A DNA stretch of 64,000 bases from Thermoanaerobacterales bacterium (GTDB lineage: Bacteria > Bacillota > Thermoanaerobacteria > Thermoanaerobacterales > UBA4877). Numbering within the stretch: position 1 is the stretch's first letter; the number at the start of each line of letters is the position of its first letter. Below the pieces are notes generated by a model. It was given only the letters and a program-made list of their open reading frames with translations, was not told the origin of the DNA and did no database searches. Positions 55,366-64,000 of the stretch are shown here, in pieces. The stretch is taken from NCBI GenBank assembly GCA_036771835.1, contig DAIPGN010000007.1:17408-81407 (forward strand). The letters are read 5' to 3'. The position numbers and the translations under genes were made by a program.

Positions 55366-56619
55366 TCACCTGCTTGTCTTTTTAAAGATATATCTTTTAT
55401 GCCGGTTAAGGTGAGAAATAAGTTCGAGTATAAGTGCTGCCAACAGCAGGATCAGTATTACCAGAAGTATTCGTACGGTGCGGTTCGGATTATTTTTTTC
55501 CGCTGCATTGACCTGATTGACTTTGCCGAACCAGCTCCTCTGATATGTATTGTCTGTTATCAGGTCCACCTTGCCTATGAGCTTTCCGTCGATATAATAT
55601 TCCAGTTTGCCCAGGACGGCGCCCGACTGTATGGGAAAGGATACTTCCTCGTCCAAACGTATCTTTTTGGTTATGTCTTTTTTACCGTCCGGGATCGCGG
55701 CGATAAACTTTTCATCGGTCTTCAGAGGTATCTCGAGGTTCTTAAGTTTCATGGCCGTCACTATCTGGTCTTTTTCATTTATGGTTACCAGGCTGTAATT
55801 GTCATAGCCGTAATCCAGCAGTTTTATCGCGTCTTCCCACACGGCCGTACCTTTGGCCCCCATTATTACGGCTATCAATCTGTGCCCGTCTCTTGTGGCG
55901 CTGGCGACCAAGGTATGGTCTGACTTTGTGGTATATCCCGTCTTTACTCCATCCGCACCCTCGTATTTGTACTTTGAATTCAGCAATAGCTTGTTTTCGG
56001 GGTACAGCTCTCTTACCTTATCGAATTTGTTGGTGGGCTGTATCACGTATTTAGGAGTTGTCACTATGGTCCTGAAGGTTTTATTTTTCATGGCGTATCT
56101 GGCTATCATAGCCATATCCTTTGCCGTGGTGTAATGATCATCATCGTGTAATCCATTAGGATTGGTGAAATGCGTATTTTTAGCGCCTATTTCCGCTGCC
56201 TTTTCATTCATCATTTCCGCAAAATCATCCACGCTGCCGCTTATATGATCGGCTATGACTATGGCGGAATCATTGGCGGAAGAAATGAGAAGGCTGTATA
56301 CCAGGTCCTTCATTGAAAGAACTTCTCCGGGCGATATGTATATTTTATTTCCCGCTGTGTTCAGCACGTCATCCCCCGCCGTCACGCTGTCGTTGAGATT
56401 TGAATTTTCCAGTGCTATAATAGCAGTGAGTATTTTTGTAACGCTTGCCGGATACATCTTCTGGTCCCCATTTTTTTCATATAGTATTTGCCCCGTGTTG
56501 TAATCCATAAGCACGGCGGACGGGGCGGATACGTCAATTTCGGCGGCATATGTGCTGCTGCAAGGTATTGCGGTTAAAACTGCTGCGGTAAGTATGAATA
56601 AAGCTAAGAGTTTTTTCAT
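55366..56619 (-). CDS. D-alanyl-D-alanine carboxypeptidase (S11 family, PBP5-like) with C-terminal membrane anchor
   Basis: It has a signal peptide and the SxxK motif (PASVTKIL). SGN-like and KTGYT motifs are present. The PBP5 C-domain is followed by a TM tail. Confidence 0.9.
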   Translation of the reverse strand: MKKLLALFILTAAVLTAIPCSSTYAAEIDVSAPSAVLMDYNTGQILYEKNGDQKMYPASVTKILTAIIALENSNLNDSVTAGDDVLNTAGNKIYISPGEVLSMKDLVYSLLISSANDSAIVIADHISGSVDDFAEMMNEKAAEIGAKNTHFTNPNGLHDDDHYTTAKDMAMIARYAMKNKTFRTIVTTPKYVIQPTNKFDKVRELYPENKLLLNSKYKYEGADGVKTGYTTKSDHTLVASATRDGHRLIAVIMGAKGTAVWEDAIKLLDYGYDNYSLVTINEKDQIVTAMKLKNLEIPLKTDEKFIAAIPDGKKDITKKIRLDEEVSFPIQSGAVLGKLEYYIDGKLIGKVDLITDNTYQRSWFGKVNQVNAAEKNNPNRTVRILLVILILLLAALILELISHLNRHKRYIFKKTSR

Positions 56620-56693
56620 TTGATACCTCCGTTAATATTGGCAATAACAATAGTATACCAAAAAAATGCGGTGTAGAAAAAGGGGTAATTTTT

Positions 56694-57326
56694 ATGAATT
56701 TTAAAAGGACCCAGAGCTTTGTACTGATAGCCGTAATAATTCTGGCTGTTTTTGGGAGCGTATTCTTTTTTTATAGAAATTCAAATGATAAAATAGCGGT
56801 TGAAACCAGTGATAAAAATTCTGCGCAGGACGAAAAGGGAGATAAGGAGGCCGGTGCTGTCCCTTCTGATGAGAGCGGGGATAAGACACAGCCGGATACC
56901 GTTTTTGTACATGTGGCCGGTCAGGTGAAAAATACGGGCGTATATGAACTGAAGAACGGGCTCAGGGTCATAGATGCCGTGAACATGGCGGGAGGGCCGC
57001 TGCAGGATGCCGACCTTGACAGCCTTAACCTTGCTGAAAAGTTACATGACGAAGAGAAGATATATGTGCCGAAGGTTGGAGAAGTTCTTCCCGCATCAGG
57101 CGCCGTGGGCGGACAATCCGGTCCTCAGGATGCCGGCATGGTCAATATAAATACGGCAGGCGCAGAGGAATTGAAGTCATTGCCGGGCATAGGCGACGTA
57201 CTCGCAGGCAACATAATAAACTACAGGAATGCCAATGGTCCCTTTAAGAGTATAGACGATATCGTAAATGTGCCTAAGATAGGGCCGAAGACATTTGAGA
57301 ATATCAAGGATAAATTGACTATATAG
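56694..57326 (+). CDS. comEA: ComEA-family helix-hairpin-helix DNA-binding protein
   Basis: It has a TM anchor, an SLBB-like segment (VHVAGQVKNTGVYEL) and C-terminal HhH repeats (NINTAGAEELKSLPGIG...IVNVPKIGPKTFE). Confidence 0.85.
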   Translation: MNFKRTQSFVLIAVIILAVFGSVFFFYRNSNDKIAVETSDKNSAQDEKGDKEAGAVPSDESGDKTQPDTVFVHVAGQVKNTGVYELKNGLRVIDAVNMAGGPLQDADLDSLNLAEKLHDEEKIYVPKVGEVLPASGAVGGQSGPQDAGMVNINTAGAEELKSLPGIGDVLAGNIINYRNANGPFKSIDDIVNVPKIGPKTFENIKDKLTI

Positions 57327-57370
57327 TATGGTTGACCGCTTTGGTTTCCATGAAAAGAGGCGATAATCGT

Positions 57371-58378
57371 ATGGACATAAAACTTACAAGTCTTACAAGC
57401 TGCGCGGGCTGAGCATCCAAAATGGGTCAGGAGACCTTGACGCAGGTTCTGCGTTATTTACCGGAGATAAAGGATGATAGGCTTCTCGTCGGCATGGGCA
57501 CTAATGACGACGCGGCGGTATACCGTTTGGATGACGATACCGCCATTATACAGACGGTGGATTTCTTTACGCCCATAGTGGACGACCCCTATGATTACGG
57601 GGCGATAAGCGCGGCAAACGCCTTGAGCGATGTCTATGCCATGGGTGGCAAGCCGATTTTGGCGCTCAATGTGGTATGTTTTCCTCAGAATCTTCCCGGC
57701 GAGGTATTGGGCAATATACTTAAAGGCGGGGCCGATATGGCCATGCAGGCCGGAGTATTGATAGCGGGGGGACATACGGTAAAGGATGATGAGCCGAAGT
57801 ACGGGCTTTCCGTCATAGGGATCGTAAGACCCGACAGGATAATAAGAAACGTAGGGGCCAGGCCGGGCGACTTACTCGTACTGACTAAGCCTATAGGTAC
57901 GGGACTGATCACTACGGCCATAAAAGCAGATATGGTAAAGCAAGAAACGATAAGAAAGACCACCGGGATAATGAAGCGGCTGAATGACGAGGCTTCTCAG
58001 GCAATGACGAAAGCCAATGTACATGCGGCTACGGATGTGACGGGCTTTGGCCTGTTGGGCCATGCTTATGAGATGGCCTCCGGAAGCAGCGTCTCTTTTG
58101 AATTGTTCTATAAGGATATACCGATAATAGATGAGGCCGCGGAGTTGGCTAAGACAGGTATTATTCCCGGCGGAACATATGACAATAGGAGATTTTTGGA
58201 CGGGCACATAGGCTTTACCGATGTGCCGAGATATATGCAGGATATTATGTTTGATCCGCAGACCTCGGGCGGGCTGCTGATCGCCCTGCCTCCCGACCAG
58301 ATCGCCGCTTTTAAGGGTATGGGCAAACTCATAGGCAGAGTGCTTGAAAAACAGGAATATGACATAATTGTAAAATAA
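57371..58378 (+). CDS. selD: Selenide, water dikinase (selenophosphate synthetase), selenocysteine-containing; in-frame UGA at 57410-57412
   Basis: ATG 57371 is in frame with the track ORF 57422..58378 through one TGA. This gives MDIKLTSLTSCAG-U-ASKMGQETL, which matches the SelD active-site GxG(C/U)xxK loop. The rest is typical AIR-synthase-fold SelD (NDDAAVY, DFFTP, DPYDYG). Confidence 0.85.
57438..57456 (+). other. Candidate bacterial SECIS hairpin for selD UGA
   Basis: The hairpin tgacgcag-gtt-ctgcgtta has an 8-bp stem and a G/U-containing apical loop ~34 nt downstream of the UGA. It was folded by eye only. Confidence 0.4.
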
Positions 58379-58408
58379 TGGTTTCACATGGAACTGTGAG
58401 GTGGGATT

Positions 58409-59803
58409 ATGATACGGGATATATTGAGAAAAATACCTTCCGTGGACAGGATATTAAGCGAATCGGATATACTGCCGTATATCTCCTCTCTCGGCCGGGA
58501 GAGGACCGTACTCATCGTTCGCGCGGCTCTGGAGGATCTAAAAGCGCAAATTATCGCAGGACAGACGCAGGATATAGACGGCCGGGCGATAGTTGAATAT
58601 GTGGCCGGAGCGCTCAAAACCGAATCTCTTTCGAGGATGCGGCGCGTCATCAACGCCACTGGAGTTATTTTGCACACGAATTTGGGAAGAGCGGTTTTGT
58701 CCGGCGATTGTATCGGGAGGATGAGAGAGAGCGCGGGCGGCTATTGTGATCTGGAATTTGATCTGAGCGAAGGAAAAAGAGGCAGCCGGTATAGGAAAGT
58801 CGAAAAGATGCTGACCGAGATAACCGGATGCGAGGCAGCGGTGGTCGTCAACAACAATGCGGCAGCCGTATTGCTCATGCTTTCCTCGCTGGCAAAGGGA
58901 AGAGAAGTGGTCATCTCCCGCGGCGAGCTGGTCGAGATCGGCGGTTCGTTCAGGGTGCCGGATGTGATGACGGAAAGCGGAGCCGTATTGAGGGAGGTAG
59001 GCACGACCAACAAGACCAGGGCCGGCGACTATGAAAGCGCCATTGTCCCGGATATAACGGCCATGGTGCTAAAAGTACATACGAGCAATTTTAAAATGAT
59101 CGGCTTTACCGAGGCTCCGTCCTTAAAGGAGCTTTCCGAGGTTGCCGGCTCAAATGGACTGCCCCTGGCCGTTGACCTGGGGAGCGGCCTCATGTATGAT
59201 ATCACGTCATACGGCCTTCCCTATGAACCTTCCGTCATGGAATGCTTAAGGGACGGCGCGGATATAATAACCTTCAGCGGCGATAAACTCCTGGGCGGGC
59301 CGCAGGCCGGCATTATACTCGGCAAGAGGAACTATATTGAGAAGATAAAGGACAATCCTCTGATAAGGGCGCTGAGGATAGATAAGTTGAACTTAATGTG
59401 TCTTGAAGAGACGCTCAGTCATTATTACAGTCCAGATGACGCAGTCCGTCATATACCGACGCTGAAAATGCTGACGGTGGATTTGAAAACGCTTAAAAGC
59501 AGAGCCGAAGCGATTTTGGATGGGATAGCAAATATGGGGGGCATAGATGCGGGGATCGCCGAGGATTTTTCTGAGGTAGGGGGAGGCTCTATGCCGGGAG
59601 CCCTGATCAAGACGATGGTGATCAAGCTCAAATCTTCCCGGAGAAGCGTGGAGCAGATCTCCCGCCGGCTGAGGCTGTGCGAGACGCCCGTAATATGCAG
59701 GACGGCCGACGATACGCTCATCATGGATATGAGGACGATAGATGACGGCGATATAGGCTGCATAGTGAAAATGTTGTGTTTTGTCTTGGGGGATGACAGA
59801 TGA
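58409..59803 (+). CDS. selA: L-seryl-tRNA(Sec) selenium transferase
   Basis: It is 464 aa. The PLP-lysine context reads [15 protein letters not shown]. The N-terminus is typical ([11 protein letters not shown]). Confidence 0.92.
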   Translation: MIRDILRKIPSVDRILSESDILPYISSLGRERTVLIVRAALEDLKAQIIAGQTQDIDGRAIVEYVAGALKTESLSRMRRVINATGVILHTNLGRAVLSGDCIGRMRESAGGYCDLEFDLSEGKRGSRYRKVEKMLTEITGCEAAVVVNNNAAAVLLMLSSLAKGREVVISRGELVEIGGSFRVPDVMTESGAVLREVGTTNKTRAGDYESAIVPDITAMVLKVHTSNFKMIGFTEAPSLKELSEVAGSNGLPLAVDLGSGLMYDITSYGLPYEPSVMECLRDGADIITFSGDKLLGGPQAGIILGKRNYIEKIKDNPLIRALRIDKLNLMCLEETLSHYYSPDDAVRHIPTLKMLTVDLKTLKSRAEAILDGIANMGGIDAGIAEDFSEVGGGSMPGALIKTMVIKLKSSRRSVEQISRRLRLCETPVICRTADDTLIMDMRTIDDGDIGCIVKMLCFVLGDDR

Positions 59804-61677
59804 AGAGAGTAATAATCGGCACGGCGGGACACATCGACCATGGAAAGACCACTTTGATAAGGGCGCTCACCGGGAGAGATACGGACAGGCTGCCGGAAGA
59901 GAAACAGCGGGGGATAACCATAGATCTCGGATTTTCATATTTTGAGCTTCCCGACGGGACTAAGGCCGGTATAGTCGACGTTCCGGGGCATGAAAAATTT
60001 ATAAAAAATATGCTGGCGGGGGCCACAGGCATAGACATCGTCCTGCTGGTAGTCGCAGCAGACGAGGGCATAATGCCGCAGACGAGGGAACATCTGCACA
60101 TACTGGAACTGCTGGGCACCAAACATGGGATCGTGGTCATAACAAAGACGGATTTGGTCGACAGGGAGTGGCTCGAGGTAGTAGAGGAAGACATAAGGGA
60201 CAACGTTAAGAATACTTTTTTACGGGACGCGCGCATCGTTGAGGTCTCCGCAGTCAGCGGCAGCGGCGTAGAGGAGCTTAAGGAGGCCATATCGGAAGAA
60301 TATAAGAAGGTGGACCAGAGGGACGTTGAAAGGCATTTCCGGCTTCCCATAGACAGGGTATTCACCGTACATGGCTACGGGACGGTCATAACGGGTACCC
60401 TGATAACGGGGAGGATCAAGGTAGGAGACGAATTGGGCATCTATCCCCTGGGCCTTGCCGCAAAAGCGAGGAATCTTGAGGTACATGATGAGAGTGTGTC
60501 TGAGGTGGAAGCGGGCCAACGGGTCGCCATTAATTTGTCTGCGCTGAAGGTGGGCGATATAAGGCGCGGCATGGCTGTTGCCCCGGTTAATATGAATATG
60601 TCTGCAGGTATGCTGGATTGCAGGGCGACCGTACTTGACGACAGCCCCTTTACGATAAAGAACAATCAAAGGATCCGTCTGTATATCGGTTCTGCGGAGG
60701 TAATGGCACGGGCATCCATTATAGGCGGTGCAGAAATCAAGCAGGACGGATCGGGATACTGCAGACTGAAGCTGGAGGAGGATGTGGCATGCGAGAGATC
60801 GGATAGGTTCATCATCAGATCATATTCGCCGCTGTATACCATGGGAGGCGGCATTGTTATAAATCCATATCCAAAGAAGAAGAGAAATGCGCCCGGCTAT
60901 GCCGATGAGCTGAAGGCACTGGAGAATGCCTCCGACAGAGAATTTTTTAAGTATGTGCTGTCTTCTTCGGGCGTACCGATGAAGACGGACGAGGTTTCGG
61001 CATTGTGCAGTCTCACCGTCCGGGAAATAACGCGGATGGCATCGGACATGCAGGGCTGCGGAGATATAGTGTCGTCCGGCGGATATCTGGTATACGGCGG
61101 AGCGCTTGATGATTTCGCACACAGCATAACTAAGCGCATAGAGGATTTTCATCTGCATCATCCTCTTAAAAGAGGTATATCCAAAGAACTACTGTACAGC
61201 AGATTTTTCAAAAATATGGACAGAGACGGCTTTGACATGATGATAAATATATTGAGGGAAAGAGAAGAAATCAGAGGGGAAAACCTGCTTTCCATCCCGG
61301 GTCATATTATCATCCTCAGTGATGATGACAAGACGGCCGCAGAGAAGGTTTTAACGGGACTCAAGGACAATCTTATGCCGCCTGCCTTAGATAGCTTTGA
61401 TCTGAATCAGGATCTGACTGACTACATGATGGAGGAAGGGCTGCTGGTAAGGATCGACGAGGAGATCTGTATCGACAGGGGGGCCGAGAATCAGCTAAAA
61501 AGTGTACTGTCGAACCTCTTTGAGCGAAAAGATGAGATTACCGTCGCGGAATATAGGGATGCTTTGGGCATCAGCAGGAAATACGCCTTGGCCTATCTCG
61601 ATTACTTTGATAAAATAAAAGTGACAAGGAGGGTTGGCGATACAAGAATCTTGATTAGGGGTGGTGAAAAGGCATGA
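59800..61677 (+). CDS. selB: Selenocysteine-specific elongation factor
   Basis: [21 protein letters not shown] and C-terminal winged-helix repeats ([25 protein letters not shown]) are present. An ATGA overlap joins it to selA. Confidence 0.92.
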   Translation: MKRVIIGTAGHIDHGKTTLIRALTGRDTDRLPEEKQRGITIDLGFSYFELPDGTKAGIVDVPGHEKFIKNMLAGATGIDIVLLVVAADEGIMPQTREHLHILELLGTKHGIVVITKTDLVDREWLEVVEEDIRDNVKNTFLRDARIVEVSAVSGSGVEELKEAISEEYKKVDQRDVERHFRLPIDRVFTVHGYGTVITGTLITGRIKVGDELGIYPLGLAAKARNLEVHDESVSEVEAGQRVAINLSALKVGDIRRGMAVAPVNMNMSAGMLDCRATVLDDSPFTIKNNQRIRLYIGSAEVMARASIIGGAEIKQDGSGYCRLKLEEDVACERSDRFIIRSYSPLYTMGGGIVINPYPKKKRNAPGYADELKALENASDREFFKYVLSSSGVPMKTDEVSALCSLTVREITRMASDMQGCGDIVSSGGYLVYGGALDDFAHSITKRIEDFHLHHPLKRGISKELLYSRFFKNMDRDGFDMMINILREREEIRGENLLSIPGHIIILSDDDKTAAEKVLTGLKDNLMPPALDSFDLNQDLTDYMMEEGLLVRIDEEICIDRGAENQLKSVLSNLFERKDEITVAEYRDALGISRKYALAYLDYFDKIKVTRRVGDTRILIRGGEKA

Positions 61678-62585
61678 GAAAGCACATAGTTTTGGTATTA
61701 TTGGCGGTAATGATAGGCCTGGCCGGTTGTTCATCTGCAAACGATCAAAAGCCGCAGACGGCTTCGCAGAATAAACAGGCGGAGATCACGCTGTATTATG
61801 CCAATTCCGACAACAGTGGATTTGTCACGGAGAATAGGACTATAATTTATAATGAAAAGAATAATATTTATAAAATGGCACTGCAGGAGCTGTTAAAGGG
61901 TCCCTCTGGGGATGACGCGTATCTGCGCGTACCCAAGGGTACGGACGTAAAGGATGTAAAGTTCTCCGACGGGATCGCCACCGCAGACCTCAGCGGGTTT
62001 ACCGGTTTCGGAGGCACCATGGACGAAGCCATGGCCAGGGCGTCCATAGTGAACACCCTCACTGGTCTGGATGGGGTCAAAAAAGTCGCCATTACCGTCG
62101 ACGGGAAGGATTATATAGGTGCAAGCGGCAACCCGATGGGTCCAATGAGCCATATGGATATTTCCGATACTAAGACATATAAAATATATTTTTCCGACTC
62201 CGATGCAGAAAATCTTGTTCCTGAGATGAGAACGTTAGAAAAGGGGAAAGATCCCGCATCCGGCATAGTAGAAGAATTGATAGAAGGACCGATCCGCAGC
62301 GATTTGGTCAAGACGATGCCCGAGGGCACCAAACTGATCTCCTTGAAAATAAAGGATGGCATAGCCTATGTGAATTTATCCAAGGAGTTTAAACAGATCA
62401 GCTCGGGAGGAAGCACCGGCGAGACAATGGCGCTCTATTCGGTTATAGATTCCCTTACGGAACTTCCCGATATAAAAGAGGTGCAGTTTCTGATAGAGGG
62501 TAAGAAGGCCGACACATCGGCAGGACATTACGATCTTTCCGATCCCTTGGAGAGGGATCCCTTCATAATAAAGGAAGGTTATTGA
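61674..62585 (+). CDS. gerM: GerM-like lipoprotein (two GerMN domains)
   Basis: The lipobox reads LAVMIGLAGCSS. Two GerMN-like halves are present (ITLYYANSDNSGFV...ALQELLKGP and KIYFSDSDAENLVP...VEELIEGP). An ATGA overlap joins it to the selB stop. Confidence 0.7.
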   Translation: MRKHIVLVLLAVMIGLAGCSSANDQKPQTASQNKQAEITLYYANSDNSGFVTENRTIIYNEKNNIYKMALQELLKGPSGDDAYLRVPKGTDVKDVKFSDGIATADLSGFTGFGGTMDEAMARASIVNTLTGLDGVKKVAITVDGKDYIGASGNPMGPMSHMDISDTKTYKIYFSDSDAENLVPEMRTLEKGKDPASGIVEELIEGPIRSDLVKTMPEGTKLISLKIKDGIAYVNLSKEFKQISSGGSTGETMALYSVIDSLTELPDIKEVQFLIEGKKADTSAGHYDLSDPLERDPFIIKEGY

Positions 62586-62623
62586 CAATATATTGGAGAG
62601 ATAGTAGTATGTTATAGGCAGAT

Positions 62624-62720
62624 GGGGGTAGATGGGTGCCGGTGTGCCTCCTGGTCTTCAAAACCAGTGTGACGTCTTAAGAGGGCGTCGGGTGGGTTCG
62701 ATTCCTACATACTCCCGCCA
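62624..62720 (+). tRNA. selC: tRNA-Sec (anticodon UCA)
   Basis: The anticodon arm is CTGGT-CTTCAAA-ACCAG. The D-stem is long (GGGTGC/GTGCCT with a CGGT loop) and the variable arm is long. The T-arm is GTGGG-TTCGATT-CCTAC. The extended acceptor is GGGGGTAG/ATACTCCC-G-CCA (7 pairs plus 1 mismatch). Total length is 97 nt. Confidence 0.88.
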
Positions 62721-62796
62721 TAATGATGACTATTTACGTTGAAGGCGATTCTTTCACCTGATTTGGTTTGTTCCATATAATGTATGGGGTGATAGA

Positions 62797-63111
62797 ATGC
62801 CTGATATATTTATTATTGTTTTATCCGTACTTACCTCTGCCTTGGTATGTTATATAAGTATACCTTACCTGATCGGGACCGCCGGTCCGGATAGGACGGA
62901 TGCCGTTATTAAGATAGTTAAGGCGGCAGTTGATTCCACAGAGCAGACCCTGAAGGACGTGGATGGGGAGATCAAAAAAGCCGAAGCGGTGAAAACGGCT
63001 AAGGAAGTTTTAAACGGCCTTGGCATATCCGCTGATGACAGGATGCTTGATATGCTGATCGAGGCCGCCGTATTTTCAATGAATAATGCATCGGCAAAAA
63101 ATACGTTTTAA
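62797..63111 (+). CDS. LL-H-family phage holin-like protein
   Basis: One N-terminal TM segment is followed by a charged helical tail. The tail IVKAAVDSTEQTLKDVDGEIKKAEAV...GISADDRMLDMLIEAAV resembles the Holin_LLH pattern (VEQ...GEEK...GI.VT.EEL..LIE.AV). GGGGTGA lies upstream. Confidence 0.6.
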   Translation: MPDIFIIVLSVLTSALVCYISIPYLIGTAGPDRTDAVIKIVKAAVDSTEQTLKDVDGEIKKAEAVKTAKEVLNGLGISADDRMLDMLIEAAVFSMNNASAKNTF

Positions 63112-63181
63112 GATTTTTTTGCTATAACTACTGCCTGTGATATAATTACGGCAAGAAACTATTTTTCCTGGAGGGATAAAA

Positions 63182-63301
63182 ATGGCAAAGTGGAAATGTA
63201 CATCCTGCGGTGAGGAAAAAGAGGGAAGATGTAAGCCTAAGAAATGTAAAAGCTGCGGCGGAACAGAATTTGTCAAGATAACAGAGGGTGAGAACAAATA
63301 A
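63182..63301 (+). CDS. 39-aa zinc-ribbon miniprotein (CxxC...CxxC)
   Basis: The sequence is MAKWKCTSCGEEKEGRCKPKKCKSCGGTEFVKITEGENK. GGAGGG lies 7 nt upstream, and a strong hairpin terminator follows immediately. It is below the ORF-track size cutoff. Confidence 0.55.
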   Translation: MAKWKCTSCGEEKEGRCKPKKCKSCGGTEFVKITEGENK

Positions 63302-63304
63302 AGT

Positions 63305-63336
63305 AAAGGGGGAATGCATTTCCCCCTTTATGTTTT
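63305..63336. terminator. Bidirectional hairpin terminator
   Basis: The stem-loop aaagggggaa-tgcat-ttcccccttt (10 bp) is followed by tgttttt. It overlaps the stop codon of the convergent pgpA-like gene. Confidence 0.8.
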
Positions 63337-63801
63337 TGAGTGCGCTAGTTTGGCGCAGGCCGCGGCTGCGATACCGGCTACCAGGTCATCGAGGAAAGTA
63401 TTGCATTTTATGTGCTTATCCTCATTTAATTTTCCCAATATACCCGGTTTTACCTTATCCAGATACCCGAAATTTGTCAAACCTATCGAGCCGTAAATAT
63501 TTGTTATGCTCAATGCTAAAATTTCATCTATTCCATACAGAGACTCATCGTTCTTTATAATGCCGAGCAGAGGCTCCTCAATCAAGTTTTTTTCTGCCAG
63601 TACGTCCAGAGATATGCCTGTAAGCAGTGCGGTCTGGACCTCTCTCTTTCCCAGGACCTCTTCCACGGTCCTTGTGCATTCGCTCATGGTGACGTCGGGA
63701 ATATAATTTTTCTGAAGATCGTAAACCAAGACTGCTATGTCTTCTATGCGTACCTCTCTTTCATTCAGCTTTTCGATTACTTTTTCTTTCATATTCTCCA
63801 A
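63328..63801 (-). CDS. pgpA: Phosphatidylglycerophosphatase A family protein (YutG-like)
   Basis: DEILALSITNIYGSIGLTNFGYLDK and FLDDLVAGIAAAACAKL match the PgpA-family pattern. The start is TTG 63801 (9 nt after AGGAGG) or ATG 63792. Confidence 0.75.
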   Translation of the reverse strand: MENMKEKVIEKLNEREVRIEDIAVLVYDLQKNYIPDVTMSECTRTVEEVLGKREVQTALLTGISLDVLAEKNLIEEPLLGIIKNDESLYGIDEILALSITNIYGSIGLTNFGYLDKVKPGILGKLNEDKHIKCNTFLDDLVAGIAAAACAKLAHSKT

Positions 63802-63844
63802 ATCATATCGCCTCCTGTTATAATTATTGGTCTTATTTTATCGG

Positions 63845-64000
63845 TCACACGATTGGAACAGCGCCTCTTATCTTTCCTTCTATGAAAGCAATGATTTTAT
63901 CGGGATCGCCCTTTATGGCGAACTGTACCTGCTTCGGGCTGCCTCCCCCGCTGGACTCAAAATGGTCGGACAGGTCGCCGAACAACTCCTTCAGGTTGAG
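63845..64000 (-). CDS. 3' end of an unidentified CDS (continues beyond window)
   Basis: The open frame on the minus strand ends ...LNLKELFGDLSDHFESSGGGSPKQVQFAIKGDPDKIIAFIEGKIRGAVPIV*. It lies directly upstream of the pgpA-like gene. The fragment is too short to assign. Confidence 0.35.
   Translation of the reverse strand, partial: LNLKELFGDLSDHFESSGGGSPKQVQFAIKGDPDKIIAFIEGKIRGAVPIV

Noticed and set aside
55363-55923. 186-aa plus-strand ORF opposite the D-Ala-D-Ala carboxypeptidase gene
   Set aside because: It is antisense to a well-supported S11 peptidase gene, with no SD and no recognisable motifs.
62721-64000. Integrated island at selC with att duplication
   Set aside because: I looked for a repeat of the tRNA-Sec 3' end (ttcgattcctacatactcccgcca) downstream and found none within the window. 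No integrase is present. Only the weaker 'remnant' idea is kept as a finding.
1-64000. Defence systems, toxin-antitoxin pairs, transposases/integrases, rRNA operons and CRISPR arrays
   Set aside because: I scanned all ORF translations and intergenic regions and saw none of the hallmark motifs (nuclease/helicase/TIR/SIR2 clusters, DDE or tyrosine recombinases, repeat-spacer arrays). The window is dominated by core housekeeping operons.

Overview
This is a 64-kb chromosomal segment from an anaerobic, endospore-forming Firmicute that looks like class Clostridia. Supporting genes are rnfCDGEAB, the selenocysteine machinery, mreBCD-mrdA-minCDE-rodA-mgsA, rplU-prp-rpmA-(spo0B-like)-obg and gerM. 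I cannot name the species from sequence alone.

About 60 protein genes are present, and nearly all lie on the + strand. RNA features:
- three tRNAs: Leu-CAA, Leu-GAG and Sec-UCA
- a c-di-AMP (ydaO-type) riboswitch
- a leucine T-box leader
- several consensus sigmaA-type promoters and hairpin terminators

Most of the window is conserved housekeeping: aroC, polA, coaE, typA, the Rnf complex, cell-shape and division genes, the ribosomal L21/L27 operon, obg, nadD, leuS and selDAB. I found no rRNA, CRISPR array, transposase, integrase or recognisable defence system.

Accessory or unusual parts:
1. A markedly AT-rich PTS(Man)/phosphomannose-isomerase/RpiR island occupies 1-5475.
2. An orphan gene trio occupies 6698-9937: an Asp-box propeller with a coiled-coil tail, a 13-cysteine protein and a GT4 glycosyltransferase. 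This is my best candidate for undescribed biology, possibly a spore-surface assembly module.
3. A decayed gene lies beside tRNA-Leu(CAA).
4. selD is recoded through an in-frame UGA (selenocysteine).
5. A GerM-like lipoprotein gene is translationally coupled inside the sel operon.
6. An orphan LL-H-type holin and a zinc-ribbon miniprotein follow selC.
7. A short Spo0B-like gene sits at the canonical rpmA/obg position.
8. The conserved but uncharacterised radical-SAM (TIGR03960-like)/DUF2344/RNase G trio is present.

All functional calls rest on motifs read by eye. No database search was run.
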